64,000 nucleotides of DNA from Zygnema circumcarinatum SAG 698-1b. Its lineage: Eukaryota; Plantae; Zygnematophyceae. The DNA is taken from the NCBI GenBank assembly GCA_037447605.1, contig CM074817.1:1240001-1304000 (forward strand). The letters run 5' to 3'. A program made the position numbers and the translations under genes. Of this stretch, positions 23,183 through 36,898 are shown one piece after another (positions within the stretch are counted from its first letter, which is position 1; every line of letters starts with the position of its first letter). The notes beneath the pieces are model-generated. The model worked only from the letters and a program-made list of their open reading frames with translations. It searched no databases and had not been told where the DNA came from.

Positions 23183-25337
23183 ATGGCTGAGCATTTGGCA
23201 TCCATTTTTGGTACAGAAAAGGACCGGGTAAACTGTCCTTTTTACTTCAAGATTGGAGCTTGCCGCCATGGCGATCGTTGCAGCAGGCTGCACAACAGGC
23301 CGAACTCCAGCGTCACGCTGCTTCTCGCAAACATGTATCAAAGCCCGGATGCGGGGCTTGCACAAACAGGAGGGCTCGATGCAGAGGGTAACATTCGGCA
23401 GATGGATCCTAAGAAAATGCAGGAGCACTTCGAGGATTTCTACGAGGATATTTTCGAGGTATGGAGAATGTGGAGGTAGAGCAGCTCGTTGGCGGGAAGA
23501 TTTGATTACGCTGCAGGACATAGCAGAGTTTATCCTGAAAGCAATTGTGGACGCTGGGCTAGACTTGTGTGTTCAATCTTCTGAGCAAGCTGTGGAATGG
23601 TGGCTGGTTGGCTTGTACAGGAGTTATCGAAATATGGGGAAGTCGAGAATTTGAATGTTTGCGACAATCTGGCAGACCACATGGTAAGCTCTTTGACCAC
23701 ACATCTTCCTTTTTTTGCTCACCTGAGAAGCAGGCTATCACTCAATCTATCCGGGCCTGCTTGAAGCTAGAGTGGCGCTGAGATTGGTGTTTGGATTATT
23801 GCCGATAGGTATGGTTTGCTACTTTTTGCCTGGATGTTACAAGCAAGTGTGGTTGTTTATGAATTGAGTGTCAGAGTTGAGAGTATTGTGAACGCCGGGT
23901 AAGATTTGATGCTGTTGTTTTGTTCATGTTATGCAGATAGGAAACGTGTATGTGAAATTTCGGGAGGAGGAGCATGCAACTGCAGCCCTTCATGCCATGT
24001 CTGGCCGATTCTATGCCGGTGAGGATGAAGCTATATTAAATAAAACTGGATGACAGTCGTCATGCGGAAAATGATTATCCATTGCCAACCTAAAAAATGT
24101 CTCTTTTGTGCCGCTGTAACTTACAAGCCCCTTCGATTTGTTGTCTGTAAATCTTGCTTCTTTGTACTCGGTACCTATTGCTTTAATTGGCCATCCAATT
24201 GCAGACGTATGGAGAAAGGTAATTGGAGATGAAGAAAAGGATTAGGTATTGATAGTGCCCAATGCGATCGACAACTGTTGTTTTGCTTTTCAGGTAGGCC
24301 GATTATGGTGGAGTTTTGTCCAGTAACGGACTTCAGAGAAGCCACCTGCCGTCAATATGAAGAGAACACTTGCACTCGTGGAGGATACTGCAACTTCATG
24401 CATCTGCGGAAGATCGGCAGGTGAGTCTCAGTGGCAGCCTCATCAGTATTTCTCTTTCTGTTTGCATGTCGTCTCTCTGGATATTGTTCCATTGTTAAGT
24501 GTAGTGGCTAATTTGAAGGTTTTTTTTTTTGGTGGGGGGCAATGGGTGTCAACAGGGATCTTCGGCGGAAACTTTTTGGCCATTACAGGAGGAGCAGGAG
24601 TAGAAGTTACTCTCCTTATGGTCGTGGTGATGCTCGTGGAGATGAGAGACGTCGCTGGTTAGTACAATTTCTGAGCTGCATAGGATAGGAGTATTTTCGG
24701 TACTCCCTTGCCTGTTTCACGATGGGCCAAGCATGGCTTTTGAAACAGTCATACGACATGATTCAACTTCTCACATAGTACACACTCCGAAACTCAGTCT
24801 AACAGTATCACGAGCAAGTAGAGCGCCCATAGGGGGAAGCGGACAGAGCAGGGCAGGTTTAGATAGTGCAGGATAAGTCTTATGTCTGTCTTTCTTTGCA
24901 TTTTCTACAGGGATGCGGATCTTGGAGGAAGACGTGGGCGCGGCGGTGGTGGCAGTGGTGGTGGTGGTGGTGGCGGAGGAGGAGGGGGAGGCGGTGGTGG
25001 TGGTTTCCGAGGGGGCTTTCGAGGACGTGGGGGCCCTGGTCGAGGAGGGTTTGGTGGCGGACGAGGTCGCTTCGATAGGGACTCTCGAGATGATCGCCGC
25101 GGCTATGATGATCGGAGAGGAGGAGGGTACCGTCGTGATAGGAGTTACAGTCCTGATCGAGGGCAGGGGAGACGGGCAGGTCGGCCTGCTGTTCGTGAAG
25201 GAAGTGCTGAAAGGCGGGCAAAAATAGAGCAGTGGAATCGTGAAAGGGAAGACAGAGATACTGGGGGGGCAGGCGCTCCGCCTGATGGGCCTCCTGGAGT
25301 GCCGCCTGCCGAACACTTCTACCAGTCAGTCAACTAA
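23183..25337 (+). CDS. U2AF35: U2 snRNP auxiliary factor small subunit; exons 23183-23458, 23621-23683, 23937-24018, 24294-24420, 24556-24657, 24911-25337
   Basis: [40 protein letters not shown] with IGNVYVKF, second CCCH ([19 protein letters not shown]), RS/RGG tail with [15 protein letters not shown]. Splice phases are consistent. Confidence 0.96.
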
Positions 25338-26200
25338 GATGGTTCGTCTTCACTGCCCCCTGCATACGTCTTTACCTGGTTAATATGCCTGTTATTTGAG
25401 TGGTAGCCTTTCTGTGAAGTCCGTTTATTCGTTTAAGATTGGTTCGTCTTCATCCACTCTAGTTTGGTCTTGCTTTCCAATGAAATGAATGAATGAATTC
25501 TCAAACGAATCTCACAAGTAATGCTCAGCTGCAAGTCGACGTCGTCCATTCGATTAACGACGTGTTCGTTGTGTCGTAGGTCCAATCTCTTATCTGTCCG
25601 CTCTGAATGACCGACTTCATATTGTTGAATAGTTCCCCTGCTTTATGCTTTGCCTTTGGAGTCCGTGTCAATGCTGGCCAAGTTTCTATGATTAACCAGG
25701 GGATATCTCACTTGACGCGAGCATTTGCAGAGGGTGGGCGCACCTTGTCCTGCTCCAGAAAGTTAACTAGTTGTGTGCACTGCCAGGTGGACTCCCTCCA
25801 ACAGCTCAAGAGGTGCATCTATCTCCTCGACATAGGGCCGGGGGGGGGGCCCTCATTCTTCTGCCTGTAGAAGGCCCAGCAAGCACAGGGTCACTGAGAC
25901 TACTAAGGCTCGTAAAGTCATTGCAGGCAAAAAAAATCTTAATTTTGTTACTTTCAGGAGGGCACCAATGGTCAGCAGTTCTTTCAGCAGACAGGGACTT
26001 GTTTGCAGGATTCAGGAAGATTTGTAAGTGGTCTGCAGGGTTTCAGTTCGGAAAATCTGCAACTGCAGGTGTCAGGGAAAATTTGTGTGCAGGAGGGAGG
26101 GCACTCCTCCATTGGCAGAAGCCTCTGGAAGCGGTGTCCTGTCTTGTTGCTTTCTGCCATGTGCGCAGGTGATGTGCAGGGTAAGAACAGATTTGCTCGT

Positions 26201-26935
26201 TCACTTTGAGCTTTCAACCGAGCTGCCAGAGACAAGCGCTCTGAGAGCGGCTTGTTCTTTGTGGAGTGAGAGATAATAGAAATGTTCTGCAAAGTTTCAG
26301 AAGGTTCGAAAACGTGCAGCAGGTCTTGGGCAGGTTAAGCGTGGCTGTTCCGTCTCGCAGGCTGTGAGGAATGTGTGGACTGGGGGAGGGAGCAGATGGG
26401 TTGTGCGGCTTTTTATGATGTGTCTTTGTCAGGAGCCCTTTGGGCTTCATGTGACGTTTTCTCGTGTACATGGACTGCTCTGCACCGCTGCTTCGGCCTT
26501 CTCTCGGTGAGTGGCGGTGTGGGGCTTTGGGTGGCTGCCTACCTAAGTGGGGTGAAAAAAATGTGTAGCATTTTTCACCTCCCTCTACAAAGTCATATTC
26601 CTCTATAGCTATTCTCATCAACAGCGTGTCTCCCAAGCGCTGCTGCTCCTCAGAGGATGGCTTGCAACAGCGCTCTGATGCTGGATATTTGAGAAACTAA
26701 GTACCTCTGTACTTCATAATGGGAGCAGCAGCAGTTGTGAAGAAAATCAGTGTTTTCAATCAGTGTTACTCAGAAGGGGAGAGAGAGTGAGAGGAGAGAT
26801 GACTGAATGAATGGAGTGGATGAATGTGGTCCCACGCGGCATCTTCCCACCGTCCATGAAGCCATTTCTCTCTTTTCAAACTAAAGTAGGTTTCCATGTG
26901 GCGCCAGACGGCAAGGTAAGTGAGCCATACTTTTT
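26201..26935 (-). CDS. Candidate 3' part of a spliced gene of unknown function
   Basis: Phase-compatible exons 26680-26579 (SERCCKPSSEEQQRLGDTLLMRIAIEEYDFVEG) and 26286-26201 (EHFYYLSLHKEQAALRALVSGSSVESSK*). Possible upstream exon starting 26935 (EKVWLTYLAVWRHMETYFSLKREKWL). Start not found. Confidence 0.35.
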
Positions 26936-27860
26936 CTACAAGGAAACAAAATCCCACGACCGTGTCTCCGTGCGCCTTCCAGCCCTTATACATCTCTTAA
27001 ACCTTACCAGTCTACCGTGCCGATGCCACATGGTGTTATTAGGGGTTTGCAGTGACGCATTTCCATCACAAGGCTACTTTCTTGTGCTCTCAGTAACTAC
27101 AGGACAACAAGCAGAACAACAGCAATGAAAAGATAACAACAACTAAAAGAACAACTGAATGAAAATACGAGTGATGGGAACAATAACAACAGACTACAAG
27201 TAAGACGAAACATTTGGATGGTTGATGAAAATTATACATTGGTCAAACATGACTGTCTTTCCATTTTTGAACGCTCGTCCAAACTGCAAATCTCAAACTC
27301 GAATTGTTTTAGAATAACTAGTTTTCAACTGTAACTTCTGTCACTTTACACTAGTTCACAAATTGCTAAGAGATGAAAAAAAAGACACCATGTTCTTTCC
27401 TTTTCTAAACAAGAGCTTGAAATCAATGCCCATGGTCAGGTAGCAGAGGAAGCCCTAAAACTCACCCTTCAATGTCTCCGCTCATAACACGAAAAGTAAA
27501 CAACAATATTGCAAATAAAAGCCGTGCCTATCACTGATATTCACATCCTACCGAAAACAAAATCAATATCCCAAAATAACAAATTTTACGCGGGAGAAGA
27601 ACCATCCATACGACTTATGTCCTCCCGTTCCACAAGAGTGACCGTTCCCACGTTCTTCTCTAGGAGAGAGGGACACATGGCGCCCCTATCGCGTACAAGG
27701 CCCCATTCCTTAATGCAGATCTTGCACAAGCTAAAGAAAAGGGAGGACCGTCCCTCCTACCCCCGCCCGTTCTCTCCCCCNNNNNNNNNNCCCCCCCCCC
27801 CCCCCCCCCCTCAAACGGTAGCACAATATCACACATTGAGAGCCCATACAACAATGGTTT

Positions 27861-30800
27861 TTACAGGACTCCCTCTGCTTTCAAATTTGCCAAAAATTGC
27901 AGTCCAGTTTCGGCTCCTTGCCTGTAAAATACAGCCGGCTGCCCAATAGGGGCTCCCACTCGGACTCGCCTCCGCCTCCCCCCTCCCTCCCCATACACAG
28001 CTCCGGTCCACACGTGAACCCACCTCTCTCCAGGGGGGAAGTAGACAATGACACGTGTACTGCCCGGATCAAGAACAGGAGCAACAAGGAGGTCCGTGCC
28101 CACCAAAAATTGCTGATAAATAATTTTCATTACCTACAGCCGACAGGTCAGACAAACATAAGAAACTGCAACCAAATTTTGGGGCCATTTTGCTCCTTTT
28201 TTTGGACCTGCCCGCTTTGTTGAGGCACTCCACCCACCGTCCGTCCCATCCATCCCATGTATCCAATCCGTCCCATCCCGTCCCATCCCATCCCATCCCG
28301 TCCCATCCCATCCCATCCCATCCCCTCCCCTCCCATCCATACCATCCGTCCCAACCATCCCAACCCATCCCAACCCATCCCAACGGGACCCACCGTTTCC
28401 TCCAGCATAGGAATGGTAGACATGGAACACAGATACATCTTTGGGGTCTCACAAAGTGAACTGCAGAAAGAGAGGGGAGGCATCGATTCGAGTTTTTCCC
28501 ATGATTGGGCTGATTAGGAAGAATGAGTACCTCGCGGTCTTGCGGGTAGTGAAGGAACATGTGGCGGACGACCGGCATTCCAGTTTCAGCAGCTTCCTGT
28601 CGAGGGAAGAAGGAAGATTATGATGAAAATTTAACCCTATGCTTCTTACTTAACCTTTGGTTCAGGAAAATGTAAAGTGCATAGAGCGAACCAAAGCATG
28701 CAGAAAACCATGAACAATGGATGGGTCTCGGTGAAATCATTGCTGACAGCTGAACATCACATTACTATACAGTTGCACGAGGGCACTATCCTTAGTATCC
28801 TAGTTTCAAGAGGCGACCTTTGTTTCTAGAATTTCAAACTGTTTGGAGAGCAGCCAAACCTTGACTAACTTGGAGCGGTAAAAACCCCACGCTTTGAAAA
28901 TACGAGCGAGACGATTGAAGTGCGCATACATCCGGTCGTTGGAGTAGAAATGAACATTAGCGGATGGAAGATTACCCTGCCACAAAGCAGCAGCATGGAG
29001 ACAGGCCACAATTATCCCCCATAAACCAACAGAATGGAAAAAAGGGAGCATTGCATACCAGCAGGAGGGGAAGTGGAGAGGGAAGTGGGAATAAGGAAAC
29101 GGAAAAAGGGGGAGGAAAGATGGAGAACGGGCTGAATCGCAGCATATAACGACATAAATTTCTTCATCATTGCTAGGACGTTTCCAGTACTGCAGCAAAC
29201 ATGGCTCTATAATGAGGGCAGTAGACAAAAGGTCAGCCGAATTAACTATTCCAATTGTTTCTTTGGCATCATTAAGGGTTACCTTACCTCATGTGTTCGG
29301 AAAACGACAGTGAATGCATTGAGCTCCATCCAACGCTGCAGAAGCTCCTCATTTCGGCGATAACATATCCACGCATGCGGCACTGTGGTATAGCTGGTCA
29401 GAGAGATATCCCACCCTAATTTGTGAGAGAAGAATCCTCTATATCCTGCACAAGCATTACTCTAAACGACAACGAGGGCTTTTCACAGGAAACTTCGGGT
29501 TCCGAAGTTTTGTCGGCTACGAAAAGCATCAATTCTTTCAGAACACTTTCCAGGCCTTTAATTTTTTTTGAGAAGTTTAAGGTTTGAATGGGCTGACCCC
29601 CCAATGTCGCTGTGGTTGAATGCGAAACCTGCAAGCCCCGAACTGAGCAGTCCTGTCACTGCACTTTTTATGCCGTCATGACGTTGCCAGCTCACCATCT
29701 GGTCACCCTCCCACAGCAAAGTACAATGCTTCGGAGAATTTCGAAACCCAGCTCGAGTAAAGAACAGCAGCTTCTCTTCGTCCTCTGCTATTGTCTCTCT
29801 CTCCTCTTCCTCCTGCATCGCACTGGTTAGCCGATCAGCCATGGATTCCACTCTCTTACTCCCCCCTCCTTGATCTGCAGCACCCACTGCCGGTGAGTCT
29901 CTCTTTCCCTCTCCTTCTGCTCCACAGTTACCAGCCCAGTTGTTGGATATCCTCTCTCCTCGCTCATGGCCACTTTCATCCTCAACCATTGCTGCACCTA
30001 TACTTTTCCGTTCCTCTTCTTCATCCTCAACCATGGCATCTCTCCCACCTTGTCCTCCCACCTCTCCGACATCAGCCATGACTGCCCCTCCTACATTCCC
30101 TATCTCGTCCCCAAATCCTGCACTCTCCTCCCCTTCAGAGAGCATTCTCAGCCGGAGAAGACGCACCTCCCTTGCCCTCCTCCTGCTCTCCCTCGCCTCA
30201 GCTTCAATCTCCTCTACCACTTCCCTATTTATCTGAGCCCACCACTCAGGGTACATATTATGCGCACTGGAAGGGTCCTCCCCTGCAGCGAGTTACAATA
30301 CAACATCACAGTTTAACTCACAGTTTAAGTTTTGAAGTCTTCTTACAGTGAATAGTTTCGTTAGGGCTTTTAGGGTTGATGCCTTGTAGGACCTAAATTT
30401 TCCGTAACCATAGACTGAGAGCATTTACAAGAAGAAAATTTCCCCTTCATGTAGGAGGAGGTAGGGATTGCAAGGACCCACCGGAATATAGACAGGCATC
30501 AAAAGGGAGTGCTTCAGAAAAGTCCGCCATCCATCCCCTTATTCCAATGTTCACCATATTGCGGATTATGCTTTTAAGCCACTCTCTCAGTTTAGGGTTG
30601 GTGAGATCCACCATGGCCGCTTGGAAACAGGTGTTTTCCATCATGTATGGCTTCCCCCCTGTTGTAGTGATTGCATAGCCATTGCTGACAGCTTCATTGA
30701 AAAGGTTCCTCCTGTGGGAAGATACACAAGGAAGGGAAAAGGGCTTAAAAGGAAAGGGGGAGGAAGATAGGAGATGAAAAGAGATGGCCCAAGAAGAAAG

Positions 30801-33800
30801 GCATTTCGAAAATTGCTGAAATAATTCAGTTTATTCAGATCAGGATGGAGATGTTTCAAGAACATGATGCGTTCGTCATCACTGAGCATACTTAGAAGTG
30901 ATACCTTTATTCTTCCAATAGCCAATCATCTCCGTTCTATCTTCAAACATTCAAAAGCCGAAAAAGAATCGAAGTTGCAAGCAAGTGAAGGCCTGATGAA
31001 TTCGTGCCACAAAACTAACCATTCACGCATTGTCATGCAAGTGCTCACTACCTCCTAAATAAACCATAGGTTTCTCTTCTAGTTGTACATAAAAAGGGAG
31101 GTTGGCCGAAATAAACTCACCTAGAAAAAGGTTTGTCTTTGACATCCACAAGGTATGGATTAATGTATCCCATTACTTTGATATTCCGTCTCCCTAAGTC
31201 TCCAACCAGATTTTGCCACTTGGCATAGTGCTCCTCGTCTAACTCCCAATTCCACCACAGCTGCCGTCCAATAGCAGTGCTCCGTTGGCCGCACCAATCC
31301 TGTTTATTGATTTGGTATAATAAGTGTGAAGTAAAAAGTTGTTACGTTTTGCATGAAGGAAAGAAATGGTACAAGATCAAATCAGCTTTGCATCACAAAT
31401 GCAACACATCATGCTTTACAAGTTCAGACAAAGTGAGAGGCAAATAAAATGCTTAACCAATGAACATTTTTCAACAATTTCCGTGTGCCTCTAAGCATTG
31501 GAAGTTATGCCTGCATCTTCCTAAGTTGCTAATAAGTACATACATAGCTATCCTTCACCCACCAACTTCGGCCCGTACATGCAATGCATCTCGTATCCTT
31601 GGAGAAAGGAAAGAGGGGAAGAGGGACAGCGAAGCGAGAGGAGAGTGAGAGAGAGCGCACACAGCAGAGAACGAAAGGAGAAACGAGGAAACGACCTAGA
31701 GTGCGAATGCACACGTGAAAGCGAAACTGAGGGACGACCAGAGAGAGAGAAAAGCAGAGTATCAAGAGAGGGAGAGAAGCGAGGAGAAGGTGTGAGAGAG
31801 GGAGAGGACCTGACCTGCAGCCAGAAGGCGCTGACAGGTGTTCCGTTCTCTATGAGACGTTCCATGACAGTTCTCACAGCGTCTGTACCTCCCTGCATGC
31901 CTACCACTGCCCCTCGGTGAATCCACTCAGGGAGAGCACGCATGCGGCCCACTGCCTCTGTGTAACGCGTTATCAGTTCCGAAGGAGAGCTGCCATGAAC
32001 AATGCGGCCGTTCAGATGGCCCCCATGCACCTGCAGGAATTGAGGGATTCGATATCAGGCAATGTATGTGTTTTAGGGTTCATGAATTCTAGGGCATATA
32101 TTAACTTTTCAAAAGTCAGTAGGGAATGTTGGGGCGGCATTATAGGGTTTATAGGAGAAGGGAGGGAGGGGTCGATGGAATTTAGATGGTACTTAAGGGT
32201 TAAGAATTTTGGGGGGATAGGGTTTGTCGAAAGGGGGGGGGAAGGGAGAGAGGAGAAAAACAGCAAGAGTGCAGAGCGTGGTGGAGAAGTTGCGAGCCTA
32301 GGCGAAAAAGTCATTTTGTGCTATGTTCATGACAAGCTTTGAGAGAAGTCGACTTCTGTAATGTAAGGATCAATGGAAGTTATAAATTGGGGAGGAGGGG
32401 ACGGGAAGTAACAAAAGTGCTTTACTTTTTTAAAGGAACAAGGCGAATAATGGGAGTGAAAATAAGTACCTGAATTTGAACTCTGTCTCGTCGACGCAAG
32501 TCAAAAATGGAATATTCATAACCCTCCAAATACATACAGCGCATTTCGGATGTTATGTACTGCACCACATGCATGATCACAAGCAACAGAATATCACATT
32601 CCCTGATGCAAGCTAGTGAAAACATTGAAGTACAAAAAGAATCAGAAGCTAGTGCAAGTGACCAACATGCCTTACTACATTTAAATGAAAGGGAAGTTAT
32701 CTGCAGTAGGCATAGCTATGAAAAAGTAAAACTGAAATGCTTAGAAATGTCCTGATAATAATTCACACCTGTGGCACTGGTGCGTATGTGGTGAAGCAGT
32801 TGCCCCCTCCCCTATGTGATGCCAAATTTGCCGCCCAGGTGATAGGCTGGTCGCCCCGGCCAATCCCCTGGTGCCACGTGGCAAATCTCAGTCTTTCGCA
32901 GCATCTTCAGATGCCACACGCACGTGTTCATTCCAGGACTGTCTGCCTTTCATATTGAGCTTATATTCATCTAATTTAGACTTCTGTATCCATTCGACAT
33001 AGCAGCGGGAGGCAGGCTCATGGCTGGAATAAAGAAGGAGAGTGAGGAGAGAGAGAGGTGGGGGAGAAAGCGAGCTTGGGAGGGGAAAGATAGAAGACGA
33101 GTGAGGTGAAAGCGGAAGAATGAAAGTTAATAGAGAAATTCAGGTTTAGGAAAGGTGGACAGAGGGCGCAAAGGGGCGGGAGGGAGGAGGGAGGGAGGGC
33201 AGAGAACGATGGCAACAGGGTAATGGAGGATAGGGGTTGAATATGGAGAAGTGACGAGCAAGAGATGATGGAAAGACGGACGAGAAAGAAAGGGAACAGT
33301 AAGAAAAATGAGGCAAGAATTGTAAGTGATTGGAAGAAGAAAAGCAGCAAAGGAAGGGGAATGAAAGGACGAGAATCGTGGAACAACGAGAGGGATGAAC
33401 AAGGGAAAAAACAGAGAGAGGGAGAGAAATGCAAGAAGATGGAGAGGGAAGAGGACGGCGCAGGGACGGATAAGGAGCACCTGCTCCTGGACCAGAATGG
33501 GTACCCTACGGCCTTTGAAGTCAAAGAAGGAGAATTGTTCTCCAAGCCCAAAAAATCTTTCGAGGTGATTCGAGGCGTACGTGATCTGTGAGAGGCGGGA
33601 CAAACTGAGGCGGCTCAAATTCTGTTTCTGAAGGAAGGGAAGATACCCGCCCGAACCGTGTAATGAACTAATACAAAACAGCCGGTCAGGTAACTCGAAC
33701 AGTGCTTGATTTACAGGTGATGTTCAACAAACACCAAGATATTTGCAATGACTACAGCAAGTAACGAGGAATATGTTTAAATTTTTCAAGTCTCCGTGGC

Positions 33801-36053
33801 TACGGGAAGTGGCAGAAGGGGGAAGTCTCATGGAAGGTAGGATAGATAAGATAAACTTTGGAGTTGGAAAGAATTCGAGTGTGAAAAAAGTCGAATCGGC
33901 GAAGGCGCCTCCTCGTTTGTAGGTGAGCTCCTTTGAGTGAGTTGGAGGGAGGGAGGAGGGAGGGGGAGAGAGAGGGAGAGAGAGAGAAAAAGAGAGGGGA
34001 GTACCTGAACACGGTTCATTTCCAATGAGCGCCCCATGTCCTGCAGGCGTTTCAAAATAGGTCGAATCCTTTCCTTCCGAGCCATGTCTCTGCGGCGCCA
34101 TCTGGAATACCCAAAGACTGCCAGTCAGCTGTCGAGGCTGTATGAGGACATCTCTAGTAGAGTTACACCTCTTTCCAGGAGAAGAGTTGTGTTACAGAGG
34201 TTCAACTAATTTGTATTACTGATAATGACAAGGTGACAAAGCAAATTACTTTAGTCGCTTCTCCCTCCAGTACTGCTTAAGGGAGCAGCCAACTACATTA
34301 CTAATATTAGAGAATCCTTTAAAGCGGATGGCTAAATTTATAGACAATCACATTACTACTTCAAGCCCACAATTAACATGCAGCTGCTTAATCAATTACA
34401 CGACCGACCGTTCACACATCGTTCCTCCATTCATCTATCTCCCAACGTGGAAAACCATAGCCAAGGAAAGCTCCCAAACGCCTAATTTCTGCAGGAAGCT
34501 CACCTCTGAATTCTACCAATCAGCCCTACTCTCCTGTCTCGGAGACCCTCTTCCGCGCCGCCATCAGTTGGCGCAACTCTTGAACTCCCTTGCGCCAGTT
34601 GGCGTCTCCACCAGAGCCACCGGGGTGTGACGCGATGCATCCCTCCTCCGGGGGTTGAGGGAATAGCAGTCGCCATACTTGGATCCGAACCTATTCCTGA
34701 CCTAAGCTCAAAGCCAAGATTGGCACCCATAATGGGTACGTTTTCTTCAGTATACGAAGCATCTGGAATAGGGGAAGATGGATGGGGTAGGAGAGAGGAG
34801 GTAGAGGGAACACGCACAGAAAGAGACGCCCTTCCTTTCCTCTCGATCCTCCCCTCAGGAGCTGTAGATGGCAGAGACGATTCGTTCTCTAGAGCAAGCT
34901 CCTTCGCCCCCTTAAAGGCACCTTCCACTGGTGCATTCTTTTGCCGCTTTGGTTCATCTCCTCTGCAATTCACCTCCTCTGTCTCTGCCTCCGCATCCTC
35001 CCCTCCCCCTCCCCCGCCCTCTCCCCCTCCTCCCTCCCGCAGCCGTTTCAAGCCCGCCTTGACATCCCCTACCTCCGCATTCTCAGCGCCGTCAATGAAG
35101 GGCATTCCCAGCCTTATCGAGAACCCTACGAGATGATTTCCGACTTCCTTAAAAGTTAAAGTATAGCGAACGCTGACGCCAGCTGCAGCCTTCGCTCGCG
35201 CTGCAGCAGGCGGAGCGGGCAACCTTCCAAAATTTCGCAACCTGCCCAAGAGCACCCGTGGCCGGAAAGCGTAAAAGCGACCTCTCCGCCGAACGGTGGT
35301 GGCTGCATTCTCCCTTGAAGAAACCCTCCTTAAAAGCGATTTATGTCGACCTCTTGCAGCTTGAAAAGTAGAGCATAAAATCCCACAGAAAACAACGGAA
35401 TTCACACTGTGCACGTCTGAATGTTCCTCCGAACCACCACCTACCGCTTCCACGCTCCAATTACTGTGCTCCTCCTTGGTCATTCTCGAATTATCTGATA
35501 TACCCGATACATCCATGTTCTCTCTCCCATTGACAGCAGGAGCCATGCCCGCAAGCTCGCCTCTCCTCTCGTCTACGTCAATCGCCGGCCCCCCGCTCCC
35601 CTCCCTTCCCATCTCCCACTCATCTAGACTTTCCGCTCCCTTCTCCTCCTCGCCCTCTCCAGCTTTCCCCGACCTCCTTGCAGTGCAGTGAATGGACTCC
35701 ACAGTTTGATGCCGCAGAGTGAGCAGCACCTTGTCATGGATGCCAAAGGAGCCGCGACTCTCCTCCACTGCGGCTTCCGCCATAGCTGCCGACACGAAGC
35801 CGCGGAAGGGAATGCTCGACCAGAGCACGCGCTCCGGCTCACTGCCATGGCGGAGAGAAACCACTCCTCCCGCCACGGCTTCCCACGTGAGAGAGAAGCC
35901 CCTGCCAAGACGCCATGTCCGGGATGGGAGAGAGTGCGCACTGAAGCTCAAGGAAACGGCGACAAGTGGCAGCCCTGTGGACTGCTTGGGGAAGGGATTG
36001 TTCAGCTCTTTCAGGGCTATTCTTGGAAGGGCAGGAGGCGCCTCTGCAGACAT
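27861..36053 (-). CDS. Glycoside hydrolase family 31, YihQ/sulfoquinovosidase-like, multi-exon
   Basis: Exon 1 36053-34504 (LNNPFP...AAVEESRGSF). Later exons encode FFGLGEQFSFFDFKGRRVPILVQEQ, GIGRGDQPIT, AVVGMQGG...AFWLQ, DWCGQRSTAIGRQLWWNWE (31299-31121), GWMADFSEALP (nucleophile; 30711-30482), WEGDQMVSW...HSDIGG (30282-29598), RWMELNAFTVVFRTHE (29393-29288), then 28976-28860, 28596-28531 and terminal 28133-27861 (QQFLVGTDLLVAPV). Confidence 0.93.
28243..28383. repeat. (CCATC)n-type pentamer repeat in the last GH31 intron
   Basis: Tandem CCATC/CCGTC units. Confidence 0.85.
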
Positions 36054-36296
36054 TGCTCAACGCAGCAAAACCCTAATTTGATTTCAAAGTCGTGCAAGGC
36101 GGCACTTTGCGGCTGCAGGAGGTGACAATGGCAGGCACAGCAATACCCATACCCTAATCCTCACACTCATCTGAACCGTCGCCTTGATCCTAACCTGAAT
36201 TCTGACTTGAGAGCTGTGTAGAGGCGCAACTGCAGGGCCTGAAGCTTTTTGCAACTAGCTTTTTTAAAGGAGGGGGGGGAGGGGCTTCCTTTAATA

Positions 36297-36898
36297 GGGG
36301 GTCTCAGACTTAAACAAAACTTGGTAATCGTACAGCTTGGTAATTGGTAATCGGGGATAGAGAAATTGGTAATAATGATTACTTTGCCGAACCTGTGCCG
36401 AACCAAATGCAAGTCAACGCTGGTAATCGTACAAGTCCGAAATTGGTCATGGGCGCCCCAGGACTTGGTAATCGTACAGCCTATCACCAGAAACTTATCA
36501 CCACCCAAAACGGTGGTTTTCGGTCTCCGCGAAAGGAAATGGTAATGAAACGGGCGTCACCATGACGTCCACACCCCGGCCTGACATCCCCCTCCCCGCC
36601 CGCCGCCACAGGGGTCCGGGTTTGCAATTCAAAATTGCGGCATCTGACGTCAGGTATCGGCGATCTACCCGCGCCGTTCGCAGCCTTTTTTTGAAGTTTG
36701 AGACCCCCCCGCGCGGGCGAAGTTGGTCATCGCGCCTTTGGAAATTGGTCATACCGGCAAATGCGGAGTGGTGATAAAGTCACGTCGCGTCACGATCACG
36801 GTTACGTTCGGGGGGCGCGAGACTGGTGAAGTTGACTCGAAAACTTGGTAATCGTACAGCTTGGTAATTGGTAATCGTTTTTTAAGTCTGAGACCCCC
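36297..36898. mobile_element. MITE with GGGGGTCTCAGACTTAAA terminal inverted repeats and TA flanks
   Basis: TA|GGGGGTCTCAGACTTAAA at 36295 and TTTAAGTCTGAGACCCCC|TA ending 36900. Internal end-like copy at 36694-36710. TIR resembles the 7700-8965 element. Confidence 0.8.

Noticed and set aside
32860-32878. ERSE-type element as a regulatory site for GH31
   Set aside because: It straddles an internal acceptor and coding sequence (GIG codons), so it is likely coincidental. Counted in the tally but not annotated as a promoter.
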